Shown here piece after piece: positions 28,778 through 39,178 of a stretch of 64,000 nt of DNA. Origin of the DNA: Candidatus Bathyarchaeota archaeon (lineage in GTDB: Archaea > Thermoproteota > Bathyarchaeia > TCS64); NCBI GenBank assembly GCA_043826455.1, contig JBDRQD010000046.1, positions 32,001 through 96,000 on the forward strand, read 5' to 3'. How positions within the stretch are numbered: position 1 is the first letter of the stretch; each line of letters starts with the position of its first letter. The notes beneath the pieces were generated by a model. The model was not told the DNA's origin, searched no databases, and saw nothing but the letters and a program-made list of their open reading frames with translations. The position numbers were made by a program, and so were the translations under genes.

Positions 28778-28969
28778 GGTGGGGTTTTTGTTGGGGGGAT
28801 CGTTGGGTCTTTGTGTTTTCGTTGTGTGCGCGTGGGGGGAGGGGGGGTCCCATCACCGCCACCGCGATTCCCCGTTTTCCGGCTTTTTTTCTGGTTCAGA
28901 GGCTTTTTTAGGGTTCTTTGGCGGTGGCGGTGGTTTGTGGTGTCCGTCGTGTCTGTGGTCGCGTGGGTT

Positions 28970-29203
28970 GTGTCGTTGTGGGGGGTGGTCGGTGTTCCTG
29001 TGTGGATCAGGGTCGTGTTAGACTGGTTTCTGGGGTCTTTTCGGTCTGGTGTGGACGTTTCTGGTTTCTCTGCCATCTCCCTTTCTGGGGGCTGGTGCCA
29101 GTGTGGTGGGTGATGAGTTGCATGCAAGGCTTATGCTCTCCAGGAGGGTGTAAGGTGGAAAAATATTCCATCTCCTGCCTCATGATTTTACTTCAGTGAG
29201 ATG
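28970..29203 (+). repeat. Dispersed non-coding element, copy D (diverged, in a G/T-skewed tract)
   Basis: actggtttctggggtcttttcggtctggtgtggacgtttctgg and ggcttatgctctccaggagggtgtaaggtggaaaaatattccatc match copies A and B; left boundary uncertain. Confidence 0.8.
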
Positions 29204-29282
29204 TTTCCCCGTTTAACTGGTTTGTTACATGGAACAATGTAGCTAACATCCCATTTTCTGAATTCTTCATAGGTGAACTGGT

Positions 29283-30197
29283 CTACTCTCTGTTTCTCAG
29301 CTTCACCGCGTCGTAGACCCCCGCCAACAGAAACTGAACACCCACACCCAGGAACAGCCCCGAGTCGAACACCAGCCTATCATACCTCTCCCTCAGCCCC
29401 GGCAACTCAAAGACGACCCTGAAAGACTGTAGCAGAGGATACCCGTGAGGACTACCGAACCTGACGCTGCCCTCCAAGATGAGAGACCTGTGACCCGCCG
29501 CCCACTCGCGCCAGTAGATCGACTCGCCCACCGGCTGAGGAATTGACTCCACGACCCTGCTTTCAACGGGCAGGTCCACCCTCAGGCTGACCAGCGGCTC
29601 ACCGCTCAGCCAGCAGGCGTCAGGCCTCACATCCAGCGCCGCCTCCGAGTCGCTGTTGCTGAAGGGCACGGCCAGCTCGTAGCTCGTGTACCCGACCCTG
29701 GAGACCGCACCGAACCACCGGAAGCTCACCATGACCGTGAACATCGGGTACTTCGACTCCGGCTTGAACTCATAGTACATGACCGAGACGTCCTCTTCGG
29801 GCACCCACTCTATGACCGCGTCCCCCGTGTAGTATATCTCCCGGGACTTCTCGTCGTCGAGCCCCATCACCTTGAAGAAGGCACCCTCGACCCTGTGGGG
29901 CACCTGCAGGCCGAACATGATCTCCCCCTCGCCCTGTACAGCGACCTCCCCCGCCAGCATGCAGTCCACGTACCCCTCCTCCAGCGAGATCGACGTCACC
30001 TCGAAGGTCATCTCATCGGCCTCAAAGTCCCGCGACGCGAAGGGCAGAACACCGTAGTAGGGGAGGATGACCGCCTGGTGCCCCTGCGAGACCTCCATGG
30101 AATACATCACCCCGAGGGCCGTGAACACGATCCCCACCACAAGCGGGAAATACACTATAGCGGCCCGCAGCCTCTGACGGTAAAGGCGCTCAAACAT
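29283..30197 (-). CDS. Hypothetical membrane protein (two TM, beta-rich loop)
   Basis: 304 aa ORF with hydrophobic segments near both termini. Confidence 0.7.
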   Translation of the reverse strand: MFERLYRQRLRAAIVYFPLVVGIVFTALGVMYSMEVSQGHQAVILPYYGVLPFASRDFEADEMTFEVTSISLEEGYVDCMLAGEVAVQGEGEIMFGLQVPHRVEGAFFKVMGLDDEKSREIYYTGDAVIEWVPEEDVSVMYYEFKPESKYPMFTVMVSFRWFGAVSRVGYTSYELAVPFSNSDSEAALDVRPDACWLSGEPLVSLRVDLPVESRVVESIPQPVGESIYWREWAAGHRSLILEGSVRFGSPHGYPLLQSFRVVFELPGLRERYDRLVFDSGLFLGVGVQFLLAGVYDAVKLRNRE

Positions 30198-30450
30198 GAA
30201 TAATCATCGCGAGCCACGACATATATAGCGTTAATCAGCAGGCAACACTGAAAAGACGACGCAAAGAACCATTACAATTGTTATCCTTTTAATAATTTCA
30301 ACGTAGAACATAGATGTGATAAACCATGAAGCGTGCGCGCTCCGTTTCTATAACAATTAATTATTATAAGACGAGAAAGTGCACTGAAATCTTCCACCTT
30401 TTACATGGAACACGTTCAAATGAAACCTGGTCGATTGTAGGGTTTCTGGG

Positions 30451-30909
30451 CTAGTTCTTTCTGCCTGCGACCCAGCCCACGTCCTTGTCGGACTTTATGG
30501 CCGGGTGGCTTGGGTCCACCATGATTACCTCGAACCACTTGTAGCGGCCGTCCTGCCACACCCAGTAGCTGTTAAGCACCTCCATGTTGGGGTACTTCCG
30601 GGCCGCCCTCTCCTCGGCTATGAGCCTCCTGCTCTTGGCCGGCGTGTACTTGGTTACGCCCATCCGTTTCTGCCTGCGCCCCAGCACCGGCCTCAGCTTC
30701 TTGCGGCCGCCCCTGGGCACCCGTGACCTGACCACAACGAAGCCCTTCTTAGCCTTGTAGCCCAGGCTGTGGGCCCTGTCGAGCCTCGTGGGCGTGTCCA
30801 GTCTGACCACTGAGGGCTGCTTGCGCCAGGTTATGGCCCTCTCCCGCATGATGTCTTGAACGTAGCTGTCCTTGGGGCTCTTCCAAGCGTCTCTGAGGTA
30901 CTTGTACAT
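30451..30909 (-). CDS. rpl15e: 50S ribosomal protein L15e (short)
   Basis: [46 protein letters not shown]. Confidence 0.95.
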   Translation of the reverse strand: MYKYLRDAWKSPKDSYVQDIMRERAITWRKQPSVVRLDTPTRLDRAHSLGYKAKKGFVVVRSRVPRGGRKKLRPVLGRRQKRMGVTKYTPAKSRRLIAEERAARKYPNMEVLNSYWVWQDGRYKWFEVIMVDPSHPAIKSDKDVGWVAGRKN

Positions 30910-30981
30910 GGCTGTTTTCCTCGTTGGGCTATCAAAGTAGACTGGTTCAAACTAATAAAGATAATGGGAACCCCGCACCGC

Positions 30982-33030
30982 CTAGAATATGGAGAAGAGG
31001 AGGAAGAGGGGCAGGAAGACGTGGGCCACCAGCCCGATGACCGTGATGAGCGTGTTCAGGCTGGGCCCCGCCGTGTCCTTGAAGGGGTCACCCACGGTAT
31101 CGCCTATGACAGCGGCGTGGTGGGCGTCGCTGCCCTTGCCTCCCAGATGGCCCTCCTCTATGTACTTCTTGGCGTTGTCCCAGAGGCCGCCCGCGTTGCT
31201 CATGAGGAGCGCTAACAGGAGGCCGCTGAAGATGCAGCCCGCAAGGTACCCGCCCAATGCCTCCACGCCGAAGATGAAGCCCACGGCCAGGGTCACGACG
31301 ATGGCCGTGACGCTGGCGGGCAGCAGCTCCTTGATGGCGCCCACTGTGGCTATGTCCACGCACTTGGCGTAGTCGGGCACGACGCCCTCCTTACCCTCCC
31401 GGAGGCCCGGTATCTCGCGGAACTGGCGCTGGATCTCCTCGATCATCCTAGACGCGTTCCTGCCGACCCCCAGCATGAGCTGGCTGCTGAAAACAGCTGG
31501 CATGGCGACGCCGATAAGGGCGCCCACCATGACCAGGGGGTTCATGAGGTCGAAGGAGACCGCGGCGCCCAGCTCGGCCTCGGCCACCGCCTTGAAGGCG
31601 GCTAGGATGCTGATGACCGTCAGCCCGGCCGCGCCAATGGCGAAGCCCTTGGTGATGGCCTTGCTGGTGTTGCCGGCCGCGTCCATGGCGTCCAGTATCT
31701 CGATTGTCTTGTGGTCCAGGCCACCCTGCTCGGCGATGCCCTTGGCGTTGTCACCGATGGGGCCGAAGCTGTCGGTAGCCACCACCATGCCCACGATGCT
31801 GAGCATACCGAAGGCGGCGATGCCGATGCCGTAGACGCCGTAACCGGGGCCTATGGCCTCGGTCACCGTGTGGGCTATCCACGCGGCCAGGCCGATCCCC
31901 ACCAGGGGCGGGAACACGCTGAGGAGCCCGTAGCTGAAGCCCGTGATGATGTTGATGGCGGCGCCCGTGACGCTGCTCTCGGCAGTGTTCTTGGCTGGGG
32001 GCCGGTTGATGCTGGTGAAGTAGTCGCTGGTGACGCCAATGACAACACCGGCGATGAGACCTACAGCTGCGGCGCCCCAGAACCTGATGTTATAGCCCAG
32101 CATAGTGGTAGCCAGGTAGCTGAGAACCATGAAGAGGCCCACAGTGACGTAGGTGCCCCTGTTGAGCACCGAGCCTGGGTCCCCGCCCTCCTTGACGCGG
32201 ACCACGAAGATGCCTATGAGGCTGCTGAAGGCGCCAAGGCCCGCGAAGACCAGAGGCAGCTCCAGTAGGTAGCCGCCCAGCACCTGGCCCAAGACCATGA
32301 CGGCCATGAGGCTGGCCACGTAGCTGTCGTAGAGGTCGGCGCCCATCCCCGCAACATCGCCCACGTTGTCGCCCACGTTGTCGGCGATGACAGCAGGGTT
32401 CCTAGGGTCGTCCTCGTCCAGGTCCATCTCCACCTTGCCCACGAGGTCTGCGCCGATGTCAGCCGTCTTAGTGAATATGCCTCCGCCGGCCTTGGCGAAG
32501 AGAGCCATGGCCGAGGCCCCGAAGCTGAACCCCAGGATGACGTTGGGGTCGCGGGTGAGGAAGTATAGGACGCTGACCCCGGCCAGCGCTAGGCCTATGA
32601 CGCTGGTGCCCATGACGGCTCCGCCCCTGAAGGCTATGGGGAAGGCCTTGGTGATGCCCTTGCGGGCCGCGCTGGCCGCCCTCAGGTTGGCGTCCGTGGC
32701 CACGTCCATCCCCAGCCAGCCGGCGATGGCGCTGCACACGGAGCCGAAGACGTAGCCGACGGCCAGTATGACGTTGGCCATGATGTTGTCGGTGGCCCAG
32801 ATGGGGTGGGGCAGGAAGATGAGGAGCACCAAGGCCATGACTGCGACGAACACGCCGAGGGTTCTGTACATGCGGTTGAGGAAGGCCCTCGCACCCTCCT
32901 TGATGGCGCCAGCCACGAACTGCATTCGCTCCGTGCCGGTGTCCTGCTTCCTCACGAAGTCGTGGATGTAGAAACCTACGAGAATCGATATAATCGCCGA
33001 TACTGGGGCTATGTACCATGCGTCAACCAT
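30982..33030 (-). CDS. hppA: Membrane-bound H+-translocating pyrophosphatase, predicted K+-independent
   Basis: [37 protein letters not shown] carries Lys at the K+-determinant position. Confidence 0.95.
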   Translation of the reverse strand: MVDAWYIAPVSAIISILVGFYIHDFVRKQDTGTERMQFVAGAIKEGARAFLNRMYRTLGVFVAVMALVLLIFLPHPIWATDNIMANVILAVGYVFGSVCSAIAGWLGMDVATDANLRAASAARKGITKAFPIAFRGGAVMGTSVIGLALAGVSVLYFLTRDPNVILGFSFGASAMALFAKAGGGIFTKTADIGADLVGKVEMDLDEDDPRNPAVIADNVGDNVGDVAGMGADLYDSYVASLMAVMVLGQVLGGYLLELPLVFAGLGAFSSLIGIFVVRVKEGGDPGSVLNRGTYVTVGLFMVLSYLATTMLGYNIRFWGAAAVGLIAGVVIGVTSDYFTSINRPPAKNTAESSVTGAAINIITGFSYGLLSVFPPLVGIGLAAWIAHTVTEAIGPGYGVYGIGIAAFGMLSIVGMVVATDSFGPIGDNAKGIAEQGGLDHKTIEILDAMDAAGNTSKAITKGFAIGAAGLTVISILAAFKAVAEAELGAAVSFDLMNPLVMVGALIGVAMPAVFSSQLMLGVGRNASRMIEEIQRQFREIPGLREGKEGVVPDYAKCVDIATVGAIKELLPASVTAIVVTLAVGFIFGVEALGGYLAGCIFSGLLLALLMSNAGGLWDNAKKYIEEGHLGGKGSDAHHAAVIGDTVGDPFKDTAGPSLNTLITVIGLVAHVFLPLFLLFSIF

Positions 33031-33117
33031 TGACCTCAAAACCTCCGGGGTTTTTCTCTAATCCGGCATTATACGAGCCATAATGTATAAAAATGTGTGG
33101 GGTGATAGCCCCGTTTT

Positions 33118-35883
33118 TTACTGTTTTTTGTGCTCCACGTACCGTCTCCGCGGTATGAGCTTACCCGGAATTATGAGGAACGCCGTGAAGCTGCCCAGCA
33201 TGCACAGCCCCAGGAGGAAGGGCGACAACGGCACCACGTGGAATATCTCTGCTAGCGCGGGGGTGTAGAGTATCAGTATCTGAAGCCCATAGCCGACAGC
33301 CACCGACACGAAGAGCCACTTGTTGGCCGTGATCCCCTTCCAGCCCATCTGGAAGATGTGCTTGGTCTCGCTTCTACATTGATAGGCCAGCAGGAACTCG
33401 AAGAACACGATGCTTGAGAAGGCAACTGTTCTGGCCGTGGTGGCGGCCAGCTCATAGTCACCTGTGACCTCGAAAGTAGTCACAAAGGTGTAGAAGAAGG
33501 GTATGAAGTCGCTGATGAAATCCACCAGGGCGGCGAAGAGGATGAACCTCCAGAACCGCCTCAGTATGTCCTCCTTGGGGTCCCTGGGCGGGTACTTCAT
33601 GATGTCCGGGTCCGGTGGGTCAATGCTCAGTGCCACGGCCGGCAGCCCGTCCGTCACTAGGTTGATCCACAGCACATGTATCGGCAGGAAGGGCACGGGT
33701 AGGCCTAGGGCGGCCGTGACCGTGATCTCGATGAACTCGTCGAAGTTGGCCGCCAGCATGAGCCGGATGTACTTGGCCACGTTGTCGTATATCTCCCTGC
33801 CACCCTTGATGGCCGTGACGATGGTGGCGAAGTTATCGTCCTCCAGCACCATGTCGCTGGCCTCCTTGGTGACGTCGGTGCCCTTGATACCCATGGCCAC
33901 ACCTATGTCGGCGGCCTTCAGGGCCGGGGCGTCGTTGACGCCGTCCCCCGTCATGGCCACGATGTGGCCGAGGCGTTTAAGGCTCTGGGCGATCCTCATC
34001 TTGTGGGCGGGGCTCACCCTGGCGCAGACGCGCACATCCTCGATGGTCTCGTCCAGCTCTTCGTCTGTGAGGGTCTCCAGCTCGAAGCCCTCCAGCACCG
34101 ATTCGTTGGTCTCCTCCTTGAGGATGCCGATCTGGCTAGCAATGGCTACCGCCGTGACCCTGTGGTCACCGGTGACCATGATCGTCCTGATACCCGCGCT
34201 CTGGGCGGTCCTGATGGCCAAGGGCACCTCCTCCCTCGGAGGGTCAATCATGCCCTGTATCCCTACGAAGGTGAGGCCGCTCTCCACATCCTCCACGTCA
34301 AGGTCGGCGAGGTCGTAGTCGTCCGGCAGCCACTTGTAGCTCATGGCCAGGACGCGGAGGGCGTCGGCGGCCATGCTCTTCATCTGATTCAGGTTCTGCT
34401 TCAGGTCGGCCTCGTTGATGGTCCTGGGCTCCCCGTCCAGTACGCTGGTGCACCTGTCGATGATGATCTCGGGGGCCCCCTTCACGTAGGCCACGAGCCT
34501 GCCCTCGGGGGTCTTGTGGATGGTGGTCATGCGTTTACGGGACGAGTCGAAGGGAAGCTCGGCGACCCGCAGGTACCTCTCGTTGAGCTCTTTGACGGGC
34601 ATCCCGGCCTTCTCGGCTGCCACCACCAGGGCGCCCTCAGTGGGGTCCCCGAAGACCACCCAAGAGCCGTTGTTGTTTTGGAGGTGGGCGTCGTTGTTGA
34701 GGGCCCCGATCCTGAGGAGGAGCTCCATTGTCGGGTCCGACGCGGGGTCCGTCTTGGCTCCGTCGCCGTGGAACTCTCCCATGGGGTCGTACCCTGCCCC
34801 CGTGACATCCAGGGTCACCCCGTTGGCGCTGATTCGAGTGACCGTCATCTCGTTCTTGGTCAGGGTCCCCGTCTTGTCGCTGCATATCACGGTGGTGCTG
34901 CCCAGGGTCTCAACGCTGGCCAGCTTCCTCACTATGGCTCTCTGCCGGGCCATGCGGGCCGTCCCCAAGGCTAGGGTGATGGTGAGCACGGCGGGCAGCC
35001 CCTCAGGTATGGCTGACACGGCCAGGCTGATGCTGGTCATGAAAACATCCTTCAGGGACCTGTCGTGGACGAAGAGGAGGACGAAGAAAACGAAGACTGT
35101 GCAAGCCACGCTTATCTGGGCCAGCTGCCTCCCCAGCCGCTCCATCTTCTTGCGCAGGGGCGGGTCCTCGGTGTCGATGGACTGAACCATGCCGGCGATC
35201 TTGCCGAACTGGCTACTCATCCCCGTGTCGGTCACCAGGGCCACGGCGCGGCCGTTGGTGATCACTGTACCCATGAACACCATGTTCTTCTGGTCGCCGA
35301 CGCCCGCTTCAGGCGCGACCACCTTCAGGCTCTTGCTCACGGACCTGGACTCGCCTGTGAGAGCGGCCTCGTCCACCTCAAGGTTGGCGGCCTCGATCAG
35401 CCTACAGTCCGCTGGCACCCGGCTCCCCGCATCCAGCAGCACGATGTCCCCGGGAACCAGATCCTTGGAGTCGATGGACTCCTCCTTTCCGCCCCTGAGA
35501 ACCAGGACGTGGGGCGAAACCATGGCCTTGAGGGCCTCCACGGCCTGCTCGGCCCTGTACTCCTGGACGAAGCCCAGGATGCCGTTCATTACCACGATGA
35601 AGAGGATGACCCACGTGTCCGTCATAGGCTCCCCCTCCTGGATAGCTATGTAGGCGGACACGATGGCCGCGATAATCAGTATGATGACGAGGATGCTGGT
35701 GAACTGCTCGTAGAGGAGGTGATACCACTTGGTCTTCTTCTCCTCCACCAGCTCGTTGGGGCCGTAAAGCTGGAGGCGGCGCTCAACCTCCTCATCAGTG
35801 ATGCCCTGCCTGCCCGACTCGAGGCTCTTCAGGGCGTCATCGATCTCTGTGGCATGCCAGTTACTCTTCTCCAAAGCCGACAC
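33118..35883 (-). CDS. P-type cation (Ca2+-type IIA) ATPase
   Basis: LTGES, IPEGLP, DKTGTLT, KGAPE, TGDGVNDAPAL, WINLVTDG. Confidence 0.95.
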   Translation of the reverse strand: MSALEKSNWHATEIDDALKSLESGRQGITDEEVERRLQLYGPNELVEEKKTKWYHLLYEQFTSILVIILIIAAIVSAYIAIQEGEPMTDTWVILFIVVMNGILGFVQEYRAEQAVEALKAMVSPHVLVLRGGKEESIDSKDLVPGDIVLLDAGSRVPADCRLIEAANLEVDEAALTGESRSVSKSLKVVAPEAGVGDQKNMVFMGTVITNGRAVALVTDTGMSSQFGKIAGMVQSIDTEDPPLRKKMERLGRQLAQISVACTVFVFFVLLFVHDRSLKDVFMTSISLAVSAIPEGLPAVLTITLALGTARMARQRAIVRKLASVETLGSTTVICSDKTGTLTKNEMTVTRISANGVTLDVTGAGYDPMGEFHGDGAKTDPASDPTMELLLRIGALNNDAHLQNNNGSWVVFGDPTEGALVVAAEKAGMPVKELNERYLRVAELPFDSSRKRMTTIHKTPEGRLVAYVKGAPEIIIDRCTSVLDGEPRTINEADLKQNLNQMKSMAADALRVLAMSYKWLPDDYDLADLDVEDVESGLTFVGIQGMIDPPREEVPLAIRTAQSAGIRTIMVTGDHRVTAVAIASQIGILKEETNESVLEGFELETLTDEELDETIEDVRVCARVSPAHKMRIAQSLKRLGHIVAMTGDGVNDAPALKAADIGVAMGIKGTDVTKEASDMVLEDDNFATIVTAIKGGREIYDNVAKYIRLMLAANFDEFIEITVTAALGLPVPFLPIHVLWINLVTDGLPAVALSIDPPDPDIMKYPPRDPKEDILRRFWRFILFAALVDFISDFIPFFYTFVTTFEVTGDYELAATTARTVAFSSIVFFEFLLAYQCRSETKHIFQMGWKGITANKWLFVSVAVGYGLQILILYTPALAEIFHVVPLSPFLLGLCMLGSFTAFLIIPGKLIPRRRYVEHKKQ

Positions 35884-35988
35884 CGTGTTAAAGTCTAGGC
35901 GCTTTCACTAACCTATGTCCACAAAGGGAATGTATTCAGACTTAAAACTTATACGCTGATAATCAAACCCAACCCGAAAAACCAGTAA

Positions 35989-36387
35989 CTACTCTACTAC
36001 CAAATATCTCTTCTGGCGCATGTAGAGTACCCTCAAGCCCCTGTCCCTGAGCCGCCTCCTGAGCTCCGAGTCCGTCGTGGCGACCACGTAATTATACTCT
36101 GAGGCGAGCCGGATTAGGGAGTCGTCCACCGTCTCACCCTCCCGGGGCTCGTCCTCGACGACTATGCACCGGGAGGCCAGGGTCAATGCAAAGTCTAGCT
36201 CCCTCTGGAACTTAGGCCCAGCTTCCTCCTTCAGGGACTCCATCTCTCTCAGCACGCCGGAAGTGACTGTTGGCTCCACAAGCTGGTTGAGGGCCCTCTC
36301 CGCCTCTGCGAATATGTCCACGCCGAAACGGATGGGTACCAGTAAAAAGTTGGTGTCGACTAGAACCTTGGCCGGCAACTCAGCCAC
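35989..36387 (-). CDS. PIN-domain protein (Fcf1/Utp24-like)
   Basis: VLVDTNFL, VDD, VATTD; conserved position after aIF2-gamma. Confidence 0.88.
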   Translation of the reverse strand: MAELPAKVLVDTNFLLVPIRFGVDIFAEAERALNQLVEPTVTSGVLREMESLKEEAGPKFQRELDFALTLASRCIVVEDEPREGETVDDSLIRLASEYNYVVATTDSELRRRLRDRGLRVLYMRQKRYLVVE

Positions 36388-37618
36388 TTACGGTCCCTAC
36401 TCCGATGAGCCTCCACCTGCTCCCTATGCGCCTGCTGATGGCGACCCTGTCGCCCGTATCCGCGCATACGGGGATGCTGAGGCTGGCCTCCATGGTGGAC
36501 TTCCTGATGTCTGTGACGTCCCCCATGGTCTTGGCGGTGCCCACGTTCAGTAGAAGCTTCTCACCCTTGGCCACCTTGGCCACCTTCTCCTTCTCCCGGC
36601 TGCCCACCACGTTCTCGAAGAGCTCATAGTCCAATACAAGCTTCTCCAGGACCTCTGGCAGTGTACCCGGTTTGCCCACCAGGCTGCCTACAAGCCCGTC
36701 GCTCTTGGTGATGGAGGGGTCCAGCATGGTACCCACACCCGCCAACCCGCCGGGTACAGCCTCGTCCACCCCCGTGCCGCCGACGTGGAGGCTGGTTATC
36801 TCTGTGAGAAGCTCCCGCATCTTGATCCTGTTCTTCTGCCGCGTAGGCAGGCCTGGCCTGATCTCCACTTCGTCCCCCATATTGAAGTTGCCCTGGGTTA
36901 TGCTCCCCCCCAGGACGCCTCCAACGATTTCCTCGACGGCTGTGCCCGGCTTGTTGACGTCGAAGCTTCTGATGATGTACATCCTGGGCGGCAGGTCTGG
37001 GTCCCTCTCAGGCGTGGGCAGGTACTGCTCCATAGCCTGGATGAGGAGGTCTATGTTGATCTCCTGCTGGGCCGAGACCGGGATGATGGGGGCGCCATCG
37101 GCGATGCTGCCCTTGACGAAGGCCTTGATCTGGTCATAGTTCTTCAGGGAGTCTTCCCTGGACACCAAGTCGATCTTGTTCTGGACTATGATGAGGTTCC
37201 GGAGGCCCACGGCCTCTATGGCGGCCAGGTGCTCCCGGGTCTGGGGCTGGGGGCACTGCTCGTTGGCCGCGATGACCAGTATGGCGCCGTCCATCACGGC
37301 GGCCCCGCTGAGCATTGTGGCCATGAGTATCTCGTGGCCGGGAGCGTCCACGAAGCTCACGGTCCGCTGAAGCTCGGCGTCCCCGCCGCAGGCGGGGCAC
37401 TTCTCGGACACGCAGTAGCACTGGGGCTCGTCGCAGTTGGGGCACTTGTAGATGGCCGCGTCGGCGTAGCCCAGCTTGATGGTGATGCCTCGCTTGAGCT
37501 CCTCGCTGTGACGGCTGGCCCACTGCCCCGTGAGGGCCTGGACTAGGGTGGTCTTGCCGTGGTCCACGTGGCCTATGGTGCCAATGTTGATCTCCGGTTG
37601 GCGCGGTAGTTTTGCGAT
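36380..37618 (-). CDS. eif2g: Translation initiation factor aIF2 gamma subunit
   Basis: RQPEINIGTIGHVDHGKTT, RGITIKLGYA, DAPGH, QNKID, RWRLIG. The N-terminus extends upstream of GTG 37567 to a non-canonical start (ATC 37618/37624 or ATA 37627). Confidence 0.95.
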   Translation of the reverse strand: MAKLPRQPEINIGTIGHVDHGKTTLVQALTGQWASRHSEELKRGITIKLGYADAAIYKCPNCDEPQCYCVSEKCPACGGDAELQRTVSFVDAPGHEILMATMLSGAAVMDGAILVIAANEQCPQPQTREHLAAIEAVGLRNLIIVQNKIDLVSREDSLKNYDQIKAFVKGSIADGAPIIPVSAQQEINIDLLIQAMEQYLPTPERDPDLPPRMYIIRSFDVNKPGTAVEEIVGGVLGGSITQGNFNMGDEVEIRPGLPTRQKNRIKMRELLTEITSLHVGGTGVDEAVPGGLAGVGTMLDPSITKSDGLVGSLVGKPGTLPEVLEKLVLDYELFENVVGSREKEKVAKVAKGEKLLLNVGTAKTMGDVTDIRKSTMEASLSIPVCADTGDRVAISRRIGSRWRLIGVGTVSG

Positions 37619-37775
37619 GACGATTATCCCCCTGAACTAGTGGATTAGCTACTGCGCCTTATCTTAAATACATATCTCTGAAGGCTAGGAGGGTGGCTAC
37701 TCACCATGTTTTGGTAGTGTTTTGGTAACAGTTATATTAGGTTCTCGCGGACTTGAATCAGACAAGGTGCACCCA

Positions 37776-37979
37776 TTGAGCGAGGACAAGGTACCTGTGA
37801 TGATCCCCCGCAGCCTCTACCAGAAGATCGAGGAGAAGATCGCGGGCACCAGCTTCACCACCGTTGAGGAGTACGTGGCGCTGCTTCTGGAGAACGAGTT
37901 CCCGGAGGAGACGGAGTACAGCGAGGAGGAGGAGGCCCTCATCCGTGAGCGCCTCAGGAAGCTCGGATACATAGAGTGA
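37776..37979 (+). CDS. Small CopG/RHH-like protein with C-terminal ERLRKLGY motif
   Basis: VMIPRSLYQKIEEK...VEEYV; probable TTG start at 37776; directly upstream of sat. Confidence 0.75.
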   Translation: MSEDKVPVMIPRSLYQKIEEKIAGTSFTTVEEYVALLLENEFPEETEYSEEEEALIRERLRKLGYIE

Positions 37980-37984
37980 TCAAG

Positions 37985-39130
37985 ATGCCCAGACCCCACG
38001 GAGGACGCCTAGTGGACAGGCTCACCCCACCAGCCGCTGTTGAAAAGGTGCGCGGCGAAGCCACCGAACTAGTCAAGCTCGACGTGTCCGAGGAGCTGAG
38101 CCTGGACTTTGAGAACATAGCCTTTGGCCTCTACAGCCCCCTTGTGGGGCCCCTTAACCAGGACGAGTACATGACGGTTCTGGCCAAGGGGCGGCTAGCC
38201 AACGACCTGCCCTGGACGATACCCATACTCCTGGACGTGTCGGAGGAAGAGGCGGCAGGGTTCAGTGTAGGCGACAGGCTGTGCTTAGTCTGCGAGGGTG
38301 AGCCCTTCGCGGTCATGGACGTGGAGGAGAAGTACGGCTGGGACAGGAAGACCCACTGTGAGAGGATATACAAGACCACGGACCCGGCTCACCCAGGCGT
38401 AGCCAAGACCCATGAGATGAAGGAGACCCTCGTAGGGGGGTGCGTCGATGTCTACGAGCCCTCACCCGGGAAGTACCCAAAGTACCGCCTGAAGCCTCGG
38501 GAGACCCGGTTCCTGTTCAGGGAGAAGGGGTGGAGGACGGTGGCCGGGTTCCAGACCAGGAACGCGCCCCACATAGGCCACGAGTACGTGCAGAAGACGG
38601 CCCTGGCCTTCGTGGACGGTCTGTTCATCAACCCGCTGATCGGTAAGAAGAAGTCGGGGGATTTCACGGACGAGGTGATACTAGAGACCTACGAGGAGGT
38701 CATCAGGCACTACTTCCTCAGGAACAGCGCCACCATGGTGACCCTGGAGATGGAGATGAGGTACGCGGGCCCCAAGGAGGCCATACACCACGCCATCATC
38801 AGGAAGAACTACGGTTGCAGCCACTTCATAGTGGGCCGCGACCACGCCGGCGTCGGCAACTACTACGGACCCTTCGAGGCCCAGGAGATCTTCGAGGACT
38901 ACCCGGACCTGGGGATCATGCCCATCTTCTTCCGCAACTTCTTCCACTGCAGGAAGTGTGGGGGCCCCCAGAACGACAAGATATGCCCACACGGAGCGGA
39001 GGCCCACGTGAACTACAGCGGCACCAAGATGAGGAGCCTGCTGCTGGAGGGGAAGAGGCCGGACGAGACCATGATGAGGCCCGAGGTGGTGGACGTAATC
39101 CTGCGCCACAAGGAGCCCTTCAACCCCTAA
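37985..39130 (+). CDS. sat: Sulfate adenylyltransferase
   Basis: PHGG, FQTRNAPHIGHE, MRYAGPKEA, VGRDHAGVG. Confidence 0.96.
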   Translation: MPRPHGGRLVDRLTPPAAVEKVRGEATELVKLDVSEELSLDFENIAFGLYSPLVGPLNQDEYMTVLAKGRLANDLPWTIPILLDVSEEEAAGFSVGDRLCLVCEGEPFAVMDVEEKYGWDRKTHCERIYKTTDPAHPGVAKTHEMKETLVGGCVDVYEPSPGKYPKYRLKPRETRFLFREKGWRTVAGFQTRNAPHIGHEYVQKTALAFVDGLFINPLIGKKKSGDFTDEVILETYEEVIRHYFLRNSATMVTLEMEMRYAGPKEAIHHAIIRKNYGCSHFIVGRDHAGVGNYYGPFEAQEIFEDYPDLGIMPIFFRNFFHCRKCGGPQNDKICPHGAEAHVNYSGTKMRSLLLEGKRPDETMMRPEVVDVILRHKEPFNP

Positions 39131-39178
39131 CACCTCACTACCCTTATCAGCGGCCCTGCACCAGCTTGTGGGATCGAG

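Noticed and set aside
28749..29199. Several Thr/His-rich or Val/Gly-rich ORFs
   Set aside because: Artefacts of G/T skew, which yields few stop codons. The region is homologous to the non-coding repeat.
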